64,000 nt of DNA from Eledone cirrhosa. Its lineage: Eukaryota. The notes beneath the pieces are model-generated. The model searched no databases. It saw nothing but the letters and a program-made list of their open reading frames with translations, and was not told the DNA's origin. Numbering within the stretch: position 1 is the stretch's first letter; each line of letters opens with the position of its first letter. The translations under genes and the position numbers were made by a program. The DNA lies in the NCBI GenBank assembly GCA_964016885.1, contig OZ024741.1, positions 276,458,001-276,522,000 of the forward strand, given 5' to 3'. Shown in pieces: positions 29,855 to 42,813 of this stretch.

Positions 29855-30425
29855 ATATCGACCTCAATGAACCGAAACCGTGGTGATTTCCAGAGGTTGA
29901 CTGAGGAGATGGGACTGTCCGTGTTTCCGTTGTTTGTTTTTTTTTGTTTTTTTTTACTATTGTCTTTGTCCTGTGAGGTATCTATTTTGAATTTATATTC
30001 TAAAGACTTAGCCATGCGGGCTTTTTTTTGTGAAACTATCGTATAATAGATATCACAACGCCTGGTGTGATATCTATTATATGATAGTTTCCAAATCATA
30101 TCTGTTTTCCTTTATTCTCCCTTCTTACCGTTTCTATGCCTCAGTGTTCTTCGTTGTCTGCGCGTTGAGCTACACTCCTTATTCTCTTCTGTTTTACTAT
30201 TTTTCTCCTTTGGCTAAGCCCTTGTGCACTCCATATTTGTGTAATTTTTCTAAAGGCATAACTTGTCTCTACCTGATTTTTTATGTCCCAATGTGTACTG
30301 GAATGATTAGTATCGACCTTAATGGATCGAAACTGTAGTGACTTCCAGAGGTTGACTGAGGAAATGGGACTTTCCGTTTTTTTGTTTTTCATTGTCTTTG
30401 ATTTCATATTCGAAAGACTTAGACA
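29855..30425 (+). repeat. Diverged ~130-bp direct repeats (~29855 and ~30310) with an intervening hairpin; possible old pLTR pair
   Basis: TATCGACCT.AATG...CGAAAC.GT.GTGA.TTCCAGAGGTTGACTGAGGA.ATGGGACT occurs twice. Confidence 0.6.
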
Positions 30426-33265
30426 TGCTATTTATGTGTGTATAATACACACATGATTAAAACACCCAAGAACTTTCCTAGGAGATGCAATATCATAAGA
30501 AGCCAGTTAAACAACCTATGTACACACACACGCTGCCGCCCTGTCTGTCTATCTGTTTTTCCTGCTAGCAAGGGTTCAATGGGTTCTCACAGACCAAATC
30601 AGTTTTCAAGCAGTGTTAGTGACCTTTCTGATGGGCCAGGGACCAACTAAATCTCCATAAGGTCACTCTCATTAAAACACTTGAGAAAATTCCTGTGATA
30701 TACAACCTTATAAGTCAACCAATTAAACCTACATAGGTGTGAGCTGTAAAAAAAAACTCTTGGACCCTTATTAGTAAGACCTTTGAGGAAGCTCTTATGA
30801 GATGTAACCTCATAGGAGGTGAGCTAAACCTACATAAGTGTGAGCTGTAACTCCAGAAACTGCCTATGAGATGCAACCGCACATGAGGCCAACTAAACCT
30901 ACATTCTTTTTTTTTTTTCTATTTCCTACTGGGGCTTGGCCTTCGTGAGTTTTTAGTTAATGGTATAGAGAAGAAGTGGGGCATCACTTATTTCTGCATA
31001 CTGTTGTTGAGAGTGTGGAAGGCAGATTTGACTTTAGATTTTGATTCTTCCACAGTCCAGTGCAATAAAATAAGTCCCAGTATCATGTACTGACATACAC
31101 GGGTTAGAATCAAATACATATTACTTTGCCCCACCTCCTTCCATAAAAAAATTACAATTGGACTATGTTAGACGTTATTGGCTAAGATCGATAAAATTAA
31201 AATAAAGCACCTGTCAAGTACTGAGGTTGATATAATCGACTTTCATCTCCCCCACCTAAAAAAAAAAAAAAAAAAAAAAAATATATTGCTAACCTTTTGT
31301 CTAAATTACAAACCATTATTTGTTGATAATGGTTTCTGACTTAGGTAAAAGGCCAGCAATTTTTTCATTTACTGGTAGTTTATTTTATGGACTCTGTAAG
31401 GATGAACGGCTAAGCTAAATCCTACTGATGTTCAGTAGGATTTGAACTCAGAATGTAAAGTACTGTAACTCTATGCCGCAAAGCATGTTGTCCGATGCTC
31501 TGTCAATCCTCTGCCCTTTTTTTTTGTATTCGTTGATAATAAACATCGTTAAACTCTTTCAACATTGTATTTCTAATGAAATACATTGCAGATAATTTCC
31601 AAATTATTTTGAAAATTGTTGTCAAGAATTTGGAGAGATTTATTATTCAAACTTTCTCATTATGAAACTAAACTTCAATGTTTTTATCAAAAATTATGAT
31701 AGGTTTTAAGATAAATATTTTAACCCTTTTCTTACCATATTTCTTATCAGCTTCGTGCTGTAGAACTAAGGCCAGTTTCAGATGGTTAGATAACAAAAAG
31801 ATTGAAATATTTTTTCTTTAATCAAACTAAAACCATCATCATCACCACCACTATTACTATCTCCTTTCCTTTTTATAGTCACCTATCTCAAACGATAATG
31901 TGTAAAGGAAAAGAGTCTATTAAAAACAGTGTCTATATTATCAGACAGATAACTATTTCGGTTGGCTAGGTGTCGATATATGTGTTATAATGGTTTCTAA
32001 ATTTGGCACAAGGCCAGCAATTTGGAGGTATGAGAAAGTTGATTAAGTTGACCCCCCCCCTCTCCCCAGTACTTTGCCTTCCATCCCTACAGGGTCGATA
32101 AAATAAAGTTGAACTCAGGACGTAGAGAGAAGGGAATATCGCAAAGCATTTTGTCTGTCACTTTAAAGATTCTGCTAACTCACCTCCCTTTATATGTCAG
32201 AGGCGATGGAACTGTTCTCCCCAAACTACCAAAACACACATATTGTATATGTGCTACAATTTATGTACATGTTATGTTTATCACATATCGAAGTGTTTTT
32301 ATATCTTGGTTGATATTTGATAACAGTGTAAAATATTATATTAACCTTCATAGTAATTTTTTTGTTATGTCACAACTTTTTCTCCACGTATAACTATTTG
32401 CCAATTGCTAGATGTATATTCAGAGACAGATTTCATAAGTAATTTAACTATAATCACTTTATAATTATTGAAAGCTGTAAATGTAATATGACCTGCTTGG
32501 ACTCAAATTGCATTTTCTGACCATTTTAGAGTGCAAAGAGCTAAACTAATCACTACAACTAAATTGACCAAATTTGAAGCCCCCCCCTCCTCCATTCAGA
32601 AATGTTTCCACCACTCCTGTATGTGATATAATAAATAAATTATTGGTAATGCTTTTATATACCATTATCACCTTTTAATGGATGTTTTGCATGGTTTAGA
32701 CGGGTTATCATGTACTGAGGATAGACTGGTCAGGTGATAACTTCATGCTCATGTGCTCTGTTTTGGCTTGGTTTCTATGACTGGATGTCCTTCCTAATAC
32801 CAACCAATTTACAGAGTGGAGTGCTTGATTTTTGTTGTGGCACCAGCACTACCACATTACTGAGTGGACTAGGTTCTTTTTGTTCTAGTGCCACCACTAC
32901 CACCTTATAGGGTGGACTGGGTGCGTTTTGTTGAAGCACCAACTCTACCACCTTACGAGGTGGACTGGGTGATTTTTGTTGTAGTATCAACTCTACTACC
33001 TTACGGAGTGGACTGTTTTTATAGTGACACCATGTGCAAGCCCTTGTGGCTTATAAATAAATTGTTATGGTTATTACGAAGGCTGTGGATTTTCTATACA
33101 TGTTATTGGCTTATTGATAGTAGTGGGTAGATGTAGAATAGTGAAGTTCAATATCACAGAAGTGATGAACTGTAAAGAATTGTAAGTGGGATGCATAGTA
33201 AAATATTACATGGTACACGTGACAGGTGCAATGTGTCGGAACACGGAAGAGCCGAATTCCCACTG

Positions 33266-33660
33266 TCATCGCCTCCCTTTCTCTGGCCCTCCCCATCTCT
33301 CTGTATTATGAGCAAATGGGGTCCCACATGCTGGCCGCCCCACAGCCCTGGCGAATAGAATGATGAAGGCGTTTCCCCGGAGGATGGAAAGGGAGATGTG
33401 CTGGAAGAGCCATTCCATCTCGCGAGGCTTGCACCTGCGGCTGGCCAGCTCAGCGCCTATGGTGGTATGTAGGGAGGTAGCCCTAGGGCCAAGGACAGCA
33501 GAAGTCTCCATTGCCAAGGACACAACAGCAAACCTGTTGGAGAGCTTTCCCTCCTCAGCTCGAAGTGCAGAACTTGGGTTAGTCGCAGGTTGCAGCTGGA
33601 GAAAGTGTCACTGTAAGTGGCATCCCGGACAAGGGGTTTGCCACTGCGAAACAGGAATAG
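33266..33660 (-). pseudogene. Decayed C-terminal restriction-like endonuclease region of a CRE-like non-LTR retrotransposon
   Basis: Translations GKPLVRDATYSDTFSS, LAMETSAVLG and WLFQHISLSILRGNA resemble the G.xLxWDxT..DT, AxETxG and QRISxAxQRGNA motifs. Confidence 0.6.
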
Positions 33661-33886
33661 ACATGATTTGCAGCATATAATCTCCAACCTTTATGTTGGG
33701 AGTTCAAATTCCGTCAAGGGTAGCGCTGCCTTTCATCCTTCTGGGATCGCTAAAATAAAGTACTTGTCAAATACTGGGGTTGATTTAATTGATTTTCCCT
33801 CTCCCTACATAGAATTGCTGGCCTTGTGCCTAAACTAGAAGCAATTATTTAATATCATAAATGTAGTCATTTTTAACGCCTGTGTG

Positions 33887-33918
<32 letters not shown>

Positions 33919-34075
33919 AACGATGCATACACAAATGTAACCCCTCCCGTATGTACACATATATATGATATATACACCTATAAACATGATTGATTTATTT
34001 TTATTTTCTTTCTTTGCAGGTAAGAAAAAGTTTTGTTTTTTTATTGATCAAAGGCTTTGTTTGACCAAGGACAAG

Positions 34076-34119
<44 letters not shown>

Positions 34120-34389
34120 AAGATGACAATGACAAAAAGACAACTGCAACAACAACAAAACTGTACATATTGCCAACAGAAACTAGCAACATATTGCCGA
34201 CACGTGGATTCTTTGCTGTTGTCACTTTCACAGCTGTTGTTCAACTAACTGCAACTTCCAAAGTGAAGCACTAAGGTAGTGTTATGTGTTTCTTAATTTG
34301 TAGCATTTCACTAGCTCTATATTGTAATGTGTTGTATGTGTTTACATACCTGTGTTTGGGTATGAGAGTACATATTGGGAGTATATATA

Positions 34390-37300
34390 TCATCATCATC
34401 ATCATCATCAAGTTTAGCGTCCGTGTTCCACGCTTGCATGGGTTTGGACGGGGGTTTTCCCACTTGAGGCAAGAGTGGTTGTCTTGCTCGCATAGGACTG
34501 TCTGGCGGGTTTTCTACAGTTGGATGCCCTTCCTAACACCAACCACATTTACAGTGTGGGGCTGGGAGGTTTTTACCGTGTTGCCTACACGGCCACATTA
34601 CAGCGTGGACTGTCTGGCGGGTTTTCTACAGCTGGATGCCCTTCCTAACACCAACCACATTTACAGTGTGGGGCTGGGAGGTTTTTACCGTGTTGCCTAC
34701 ACGGCCACATTTACAGCGTGGACTGTGTGTTTTTTTGTCGTGACACCTACACGATCTCATTTGTTTCGGCCTGGATGTTGTGGGACCAACATAACTGTAC
34801 ATTGAAAGGGGCGGTGTGGATGGGGTGGAGGTGGTGGGACGGGGGGGGGGGGGGGGGGTTTGATAGAGATGCCTACTGACTGTAGTAGGTTTTTACTTTG
34901 TATTTAGGTAAGGCGGGTCTTCTCTATTACTGAGTACCGCCAAAGGTCTCGGTCCAGTGACATTGTCTTGGAGAGGTGTAAGCGTGTGAGGTCGGAATTT
35001 ATCAGCTCGTCCCATGTTTTTCTGGGTCTGCCTACTCCGTGGCTACCGTCTATCTTTATTGCCCTGCACTTTGTTATACAGTTGTCGTCTTTCATGCGCA
35101 TCACGTGACCGTACCAACGTAGCCTTCTCTCGAGTAAACAACATCTGATCCCTCTTATTTCTAATTTTTTCCTTAGTTCGTTTATGCTTTGCCGTTCACG
35201 TATATTACTATTGCACATCCAGCGGAGCATGCAAGCTTCGTTCCTCTCTAGTCTGCGTATATCCTCTGCACACAATGCCCAGGTCTCACTGCCATGCAGC
35301 ATTGCTGTTCGTATGCAGGCATCGTGTAACCTGCCTTTCATTTTTAGGGAGAACCCTCTAGCGGCTAATAGTGGTATAAGCTCTCTGAACTTTTTCCATC
35401 CAGTTCTGACTCTAGCTACTGTACTTTCAGAGCACCCTCCCCCACTGCTGATTTTGTCACCCAGGTAACGGAAGCTGTCCACTATTTCTATAGAACCCTC
35501 TGCGCAGTTGAAGGAGCTAGTATTTTGTGGGCACTTGCTGCTACTTATTGCACCAGAGCACCGGCCACATGTAAAATCGATGTTCTTAGTTAGCTTACCT
35601 GTGATCCCACTACATCTTTTATGCACCCATACTTTGCATTTGGGACATAAAATGGAGTTTCTACCTACGCCTTTCCTACACACTGAGCATGGCCATTTCC
35701 CAGATGGGACTGCCGCCATATTTTCTTTCCTACAAACTAGAACTTTTGTCTTAGCCAGGTTAATTTTAAGGCCTTTTGATTCTAGGCCGTGCTTCCATGT
35801 TTGGAATTTCTTCTCTAGTTCGGTCATTGATTCAGCTATGAGCGTTAGATCATCTGCGTATAGGAGTTCCCATGGGCAGCCGGTCTTGAACTCCTCTGTT
35901 ATAGCCTGAAGGGCAATAATAAATAGTAGGGGGCTAAGAACAGAGCCCTGATGGACACCAACTTTTACGCTAAACTCTTCACTATATTCGTTGTTAATTC
36001 TAACCTTACTGACTGTTTCTTTATACATGGCTTGTATAGCTCTCACAAGCCATTCGTCAACACCTAGTTTTCTAAGAGACCACCAGATAATGGAACGGGG
36101 GACTCTGTCGAAGGCTTTCTCCAAGTCGACGAAAGCTAAGTATAGGTGTTTACTTTTAGCTAGGTACTTCTCCTGTAGTTGTCGTACAATGAAAAGAGCG
36201 TCTGTGGTACTTTTGCCTGACACAAACCCGAACTGCATTTCATCTAGATCAATTCTCTCTCTGATTAGTTGCGCTATTACTTTTTCCGTGACCTTCATGA
36301 CCTGGTTGATTAATTTAATGCCTCTATAGTTACTCCTATCTAGGGCATCTCCTTTTCCCTTATAGTAGTTAACGATGATGCTGCTACGCCAGTCCTTCGG
36401 AACAACCCCATTCTGTACGACTTGGTTAACTATCCGGGTGACCATGGTGTGTCCCACCGAACCAGATGCCTTCAGCATCTCAGCAACTATTTCCGAAGGA
36501 CCAGCCGCCTTACCCGTCTTCATATCTTTGATTTCCTTGCTTATTGTACTACCCTGGACTAACACTGCTGGTCCCTCTATTGGGTCGATGTGGGGGAGAC
36601 TGTCTTTCTCCCATTTGTTCTCCTCATTTAGAAGCCTTTCGTAGTGACACTTCCAAGCTACCTTCTTATCAGCGTCGGTGATGGCAAGTATGCCATCATC
36701 GTTAAGCACACACTTCTCCCCGACAATATCACGGTTTTCCTTGACACATTGCCTGGCAATCCTGAACACCTCACGTTTTTGGTCCTCGCGTTGTAGAACA
36801 TGCTTGAACTTTCTTTCCTCTGCTTCCCTTCTTGCGAAGTACACTTGTCTCCTAGCTTCCCTCCTGGCTACCTGATAGTCTTCTCTACTTCCCCCATCCC
36901 GCCATGCTTTCCAAGCCTGCTTTTTGGCCTTAATTGACTCCTCCACCTTACTGTTCCACCACCATGTTACTCTCCTCCTACCTACAGGCCTGCTCCAGCC
37001 ACAGACTTCGTCTGCCGCCGTCAGCAGGTTTGCTCTCAGGAATTCCCACTGTTCCTCTATATTATACGACTCTAATTGCTCTTCCTTACTGTCGAAAGCG
37101 TCAAGTAATATGCTTTGAAATTTATTTCTGGCTATGGGGTCCTTTAGCTTCCATATTTTTCTCCTGAGGATAGTCCTCTTCCGCTGTCTAGTACGTCTCG
37201 TCCTGACTATGAGGTCGCTAATTATCAGTCTATGTTGGGAGGTGAATTCTTCATGGGGGAGGGATTTAGTGTTAACAACAGACACTCTGTCACGTCTTCT

Positions 37301-38810
37301 GGTAAGGATATAATCTACCTGGCTTGTGTGTTCCCCCGATCTATAGGTGATCAAGTGATTGTCTCGTTTTTTGAAGTTAGTGTTACAGATAGTTAAGTTA
37401 TTTGCGTCGCAGAATTCCAGGATTCTGGAGCCTTCCTCATTTCTAGTACCGAACCCATAGTCTCCATGGATTCCGTCATAGCCGTCACAATGCTGTCCAA
37501 CGTGACCATTTAGGTCGCCTGCAATAACTATATAGTCACTGTCGGTTATTTGGGAGGTAGCGAGCATCAGTGTCTCGTAGAATCTGTCTTTTATAGCACT
37601 GGGCAGTCCGGATTGTGGTGCGTACGCAGATATTACTGTCACCATAGTTTTATTGAGGACAAGTCTTATTTTAATTATTCTGTCGTTCACTCTATTTACG
37701 TCTATTATCTTATCTGCCCACTTTTCAGCTACCATGATTCCTACCCCACCCAACCCATTGTCATTTCCCACCCAGAAAAGCTTATAGCATCGTTCTTTAC
37801 CCACGATGAATCTAGTCGACCCTCCCCTCCACCTGGTCTCTCGAATACAACAAACATCGACCTCCTTACGTTCAAGCATTTCTACAACCTCGTTAGAGCG
37901 ACCCTTTAAGGTGCCTACATTCATGGTACCAACTCTGAAGTTTTGGATGGCGTTTGGAGGGTGGGGGGGATGGGGTTATGTTAGCCATCCTGGGCCGAAA
38001 CAAGGCGGAGTGCTTGCATTCTCGTCCACGAGGTGAATTTGTCTTTATCTTTGGCATTGTCGCTGAGCGTCCACATTTTTCTCTCTTCAACTCTCCAGAA
38101 TTCCGTAGTCCATCCATCATATCGAAAAGCAACCAGTTAGGCGATAGTATGGGCCTCTGACTTATGATTGGTCCACGTAATAATGGTGGTGCGTGGGGGA
38201 GGGTGGGAGGGATGATGTGTTGTTAGCGAGAATGTAAGGTTTAAGATAAGATCGCCGTATTTTGGGCATAATTTAACAATAAACGAAAATACAAGATTTG
38301 TTTTGTTTAAGAAAATACGATAGAGAAAATGCGGTGATAGGGAAAATATGATTTTTAGAGAAAAAATATGATATAGAATGATAGAATGGTGAAAATATGA
38401 TATAGTGTGAAATTAGGACATAGAACAGTCATTGAAATGAATGGATTCGAATGGAGAGAAGAATCGAGAAAAATATTTGGACGTTACTTTATACCGCAAG
38501 AAGAGCCATCCCAGAAATAGCGAGTTGGCGATTGTGATTAATTTTGGTAGGGATTTATCTTATATGTATAGAGAGGGATGGGGGGGGGGGGGGGGGCAGA
38601 AACCAGCATGATGTATGGGTAGGGGGTAGAAGATGGGATGGAGCAGAGGTTAAGAGTTTAAATAGGTACTAGAAGTTTTGCGTAGAACTTAGCAAGTTTA
38701 ACAAAATATATTTAAAGGAATATATAATAGTGATTTGTTTTTGTTATGAAAATACGACAGAATATGAAAATATGACAGAATTAAGCGAGAATGTAAGGTT
38801 TAAGATTATA
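34390..38810 (-). mobile_element. RTE-clade LINE family A, near full length
   Basis: Long ORF, 3' UTR with (GAT)n tail and an AT-rich 5' region. The 5' boundary is approximate. Confidence 0.93.
34904..37924 (-). CDS. RTE LINE ORF: APE endonuclease plus reverse transcriptase with PHD-like insert (1006 aa)
   Basis: NVG, ETRW, YAP, GDLNGH, QVDYIL, SQHR (APE); DLEKAFD, QGSVLSP, YADD, FRYLG, RLRWYGH, GRPRKTW (RT and RTE C-terminus). Confidence 0.95.
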   Translation of the reverse strand: MNVGTLKGRSNEVVEMLERKEVDVCCIRETRWRGGSTRFIVGKERCYKLFWVGNDNGLGGVGIMVAEKWADKIIDVNRVNDRIIKIRLVLNKTMVTVISAYAPQSGLPSAIKDRFYETLMLATSQITDSDYIVIAGDLNGHVGQHCDGYDGIHGDYGFGTRNEEGSRILEFCDANNLTICNTNFKKRDNHLITYRSGEHTSQVDYILTRRRDRVSVVNTKSLPHEEFTSQHRLIISDLIVRTRRTRQRKRTILRRKIWKLKDPIARNKFQSILLDAFDSKEEQLESYNIEEQWEFLRANLLTAADEVCGWSRPVGRRRVTWWWNSKVEESIKAKKQAWKAWRDGGSREDYQVARREARRQVYFARREAEERKFKHVLQREDQKREVFRIARQCVKENRDIVGEKCVLNDDGILAITDADKKVAWKCHYERLLNEENKWEKDSLPHIDPIEGPAVLVQGSTISKEIKDMKTGKAAGPSEIVAEMLKASGSVGHTMVTRIVNQVVQNGVVPKDWRSSIIVNYYKGKGDALDRSNYRGIKLINQVMKVTEKVIAQLIRERIDLDEMQFGFVSGKSTTDALFIVRQLQEKYLAKSKHLYLAFVDLEKAFDRVPRSIIWWSLRKLGVDEWLVRAIQAMYKETVSKVRINNEYSEEFSVKVGVHQGSVLSPLLFIIALQAITEEFKTGCPWELLYADDLTLIAESMTELEKKFQTWKHGLESKGLKINLAKTKVLVCRKENMAAVPSGKWPCSVCRKGVGRNSILCPKCKVWVHKRCSGITGKLTKNIDFTCGRCSGAISSSKCPQNTSSFNCAEGSIEIVDSFRYLGDKISSGGGCSESTVARVRTGWKKFRELIPLLAARGFSLKMKGRLHDACIRTAMLHGSETWALCAEDIRRLERNEACMLRWMCNSNIRERQSINELRKKLEIRGIRCCLLERRLRWYGHVMRMKDDNCITKCRAIKIDGSHGVGRPRKTWDELINSDLTRLHLSKTMSLDRDLWRYSVIEKTRLT

Positions 38811-39010
38811 TTTAAATACCTTTGTGTGTATTTGTATGCATACATACCAGTGTGTATATGTATGTTATATATATATATATATTTAAATACCTTTGTGTGT
38901 ATTTGTATGCATACATACCAGTGTGTATATGTATGTTATATATATATATATTTAAATACCTTTGTGTGTATTTGTATGCATACATACCAGTGTGTATATG
39001 TATATATGTA
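38811..39010. repeat. ~70-bp tandem repeat, 3 copies
   Basis: TTTAAATACCTTTGTGTGTATTTGTATGCATACATACCAGTGTG at 38811, 38882 and 38951. Confidence 0.9.
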
Positions 39011-39013
39011 TGT

Positions 39014-39047
<34 letters not shown>

Positions 39048-40134
39048 CCTACATTAAGAGTGTTGAATATTTACTTATTCTACATTTTTTTCATTTTCCT
39101 AAATTATATAACATTCTGTTGTCATAAGAAAGTGTAATATACACATTTTGTATTAGTGTGAGGAATCTTTTAACTCTTTTGTTGTCAACCCAGCCAAAAC
39201 TGGCCCTGGTTCTATGAAATAAAACTTATCTAATTTGACTGGGTTTAATGAGTGTGTGTTTTGTTCTATGTGACAAAATGACAGGTATATTCTAATACCA
39301 AAACATGACTGTTTTTAAGCTGTATTTTAAACTTTTTGATACCAACCTGGCCAAAACTAGCTCTGGTCTTATGAAATAAAACCACTCATTTTAAATTTGC
39401 CTACTTAATTTTATATAAGAATCATATGATCAGTTATAATCTTAGCCATGGAATAATTAATAATTTTAGTAAATCCTTCGGAATTCTTCATTAATTAATT
39501 GAAATAGAAATATGGTCATGAAAGGGTTTAACCAGTGGTTCCCAATGTGGGTTTGATCACCCTTTTGGGGGCTGCTTGGGGCAGTGGGGTGTTCAAGTGG
39601 GTTAAGAGTGGGTTAATTTTGTCATGGGGCCTTTGGCTGAAAATTTAATCAGGGCCCTTGCGTTTTATTAATAGCAGCAAAACAAAAAAAAAATTATTTT
39701 GTGGGAAAATTTTTTATTTAAATATTGTGGGAACCCTAGTTACAGCCCTGTCTGTCCCCTTAATGTGTGCATCACATCCATTATATACACACAAATGTGC
39801 ATATTCACATCCATTATATACACACACACACACACAAATGTGCATATGCACATACATGGAAAGCAGACATTAATGTTGATATTGTTGATACACACACACA
39901 CACACTTATAATGATGCGTGTGCATGTGTATAATTATCCAGTGATACACCTATGTGTGCAGACACACACAGACACACACACACACACACACGTGTACAGC
40001 AAACAGCTGTTATGTGAGAGATATGTCATTGTTAATTGAGACAGTCTGTTGCAGTGACCATGATAATGTGTAATCTGGTTGGGAATTGATACAACCTCCT
40101 GCACCACACCACACTACACTACAGTACTCTACAC

Positions 40135-40345
40135 CAGGCTTGTGAAACATGTGGCCCACGGGCCGCATATGCCCCTTTACAAGCACACTTGCGGCCCGCA
40201 CAAAGGTTTTTACAGTGCGAGCATGTTTTATCTTTCTAATAAAAAATAAAGTTGTAATGTGTGCAGTTAGTTGTCGTGTGTGGCCCTCTGACAACACATA
40301 TGTGACTCGTGTGGCCCTCGGGGGACCCTCAGTTTGACATGCCTG
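40135..40345. mobile_element. hAT (Charlie/Buster-like) MITE, 211 bp
   Basis: TIRs CAGGCTTGTGAAAC / GTTTGACATGCCTG. Perfect 8-bp TSD CTCTACAC at 40127-40134 and 40346-40353, with central TA. Confidence 0.88.
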
Positions 40346-40976
40346 CTCTACACTATTCTACATCAGATTAAACCATACTACACTACACCACACCATACTG
40401 GTAAGGGATTGATACAACCTCCTGCACTACATCTCATTGCATCACCACAGTACATTATACCATATTGCTCCACACCATACAAGACTACACCACACTGAAC
40501 GTGACAACACCACACTGGGCCACATCATTATACTGCACCACACTACACCACACTACACCACATTGCACAACAATACACTATATCACGCTACACAACACCC
40601 AATTACACTAGACCACATCACATTGTACCAGGCAACACCAAACTACACCAGAAAACTCCTCAATACCACACCACAAACACCAATCAACAATGTCAACAAC
40701 AACACATAACACACATGTTCGCACACACTCACTTATGTTTGTTGTTACAGCTTACATCTGCCATAGGTTTAGCTGGCCTCTGTCATATCTCATTGGAGGT
40801 CACTTGTGTTTTATGATAGGAACCCCATGTCATATCACACACACACACACACATATGCATACATAGATAAAAGAAAGTAAAGCCTAAAGGAAACATGGAG
40901 AGACAATTCTCCCCTCGCTCTTTCCATATCTTTGTCTCTCCGTCTCTCACACAATATGCATGCATGCATATATATA

Positions 40977-42813
40977 TCATCATCATCATCATCATCAACG
41001 TTTAACATCCGTGTTCCACGCTTGCATGGGTTTGGACGGGGGTTTTCCAACTTGAGGCAAGAGTGATTGTCTTGCTCGCATAGGACTGTCTGGCGGGTTT
41101 TCTACAGCTGGATGCCCTTCCTAACACCAACCACATTTACAGTGTGGGGCTGGGAGGTTTTTACCGTGTTGCCTACACGGCCACATTACAGCGTGGACTG
41201 TGTTTTTTTTGTCGTGACACCTACACGATCTCATTTGTTTCGGCCTGGATGTTGTGGCACCAACATAACTTTACATTGAAAGGGGGTGGTGTGGATGGGG
41301 TGGGGGTGGTGGGACGGGGGTGTGTTTTGTTAGAGATGCCTACTGACTGTAGTAGGTTTTACTTTGTATTTAGGTAAGGCGGGTCTTTTCTATTACTGAG
41401 TACCGCCAAAGGTCTCGGTCCAGTGACATTGTCTTGGAGAGGTGTAAGCGTGTGAGGTCGGAATTTATCATGTCGTCCCAGGTTTTTCTGGGTCTGCCTA
41501 CTCCGTGGCTACCGTCTATCTTTATTGCCCTGCACTTTGTTATACAGCTGTCGTCTTTCATGCGCATCACGTGACCATACCAACGTAGCCTTCTCTCGAG
41601 TAAACAACATCTGATCCCTCTTATTTCTAATTTTTTTCTTAGTTCGTTTATGCTTTGCCGTTCACGTATATTACTATTACACATCCAGCGGAGCATGCAA
41701 GCTTCGTTCCTCTCTAGTCTGCGTATATCCTCTGCACACAATGCCCAGGTCTCACTGCCATGCAGCATTGCTGTTCGTATGCAGGCATCGTGTAACCTGC
41801 CTTTCATTTTTAGGGAGAACCCTTTAGCGGCTAATAGTGGTATAAGCTCTCTGAACTTTTTCCATCCAGTTGTGATTCTAGCTACTGTACTTTCAGAGCA
41901 CCCTCCCCCACTGCTGATTTTGTCACCCAGGCAACGGAAGCTGTCCACTATTTCTATAGAACCCTCTGCGCAATTGAAAGAGCTAGTATTTTGTGGGCAC
42001 TTGCTGCTACTTATTGCACCAGAGCACCGGCCACATGTAAAATCTATGTTCTTAGTTAGCTTACCTGTGATCCCACTACATCTTTTAAGCACCCATACTT
42101 TGCATTTGGGACATAAAATGGAGTTTCTACCTACGCCTTTCCTACACACTGAGCATGGCCATTTCCCGGAAGGGACCGCCGCCTTATTTTCTTTCCTACA
42201 AACTGGAACTTTAGTCTTAGCCAGGTTAATTTTAAGGCCTTTTGATTCTAGGCCGTGCTTCCATGTTTGGAATTTCTTCTCTAGCTCGGCCATTGATTCA
42301 GCTATGAGCGTTAGATCATCTGCGTATAGGAGTTCCCATGGGCAGCCGGTCTTGAACTCCTCTGTTATAGCCTGAAGGGCAATAATAAATAGTAGGGGGC
42401 TAAGAACAGAGCCCTGATGGACACCAACTTTTACGCTAAACTCTTCACTATATTCGTCGTTAATTCTAACCTTGCTGACTGTTTCTTTATACATGGCTTG
42501 TATAGTTCTCACAAGCCATTCGTCAACACCTAGTTTTCTAAGAGCCCACCAGATAATGGAACGGGGGACTCTGTCGAAGGCTTTCTCCAAGTCAACAAAA
42601 GCTAAGTATAGGGGTTTACTTTTAGCTAGGTACTTCTCCTGTAGTTGTCGTACAATGAAAAGAGCATCTGTGGTACTTTTACCTGACACAAACCCGAACT
42701 GCATTTCGTCTAGATCAATTCTCTCTCTGATTAGTTGCGCTATTACTTTTTCCGTGACCTTCATGACCTGGTCGATTAATTTAATGCCTCTATAGTTACA
42801 CCTATCTAGGGCA
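40977..42813 (-). mobile_element. RTE family A, 5'-truncated
   Basis: RT portion of ORF 41370-42926 matches 34904-37924. (GAT)n tail. Confidence 0.93.

Noticed and set aside
35184-37167. ORFs antisense to the LINE ORFs (also 41650-42795 and 52764-55313)
   Set aside because: These are shadow frames of the RTE coding sequence.
39533-39738. Second hAT MITE (CAGTGGTTCCCAA...TGGGAACCCT)
   Set aside because: The right TIR is degenerate and there is no 8-bp TSD. It is a plausible relic but cannot be supported.
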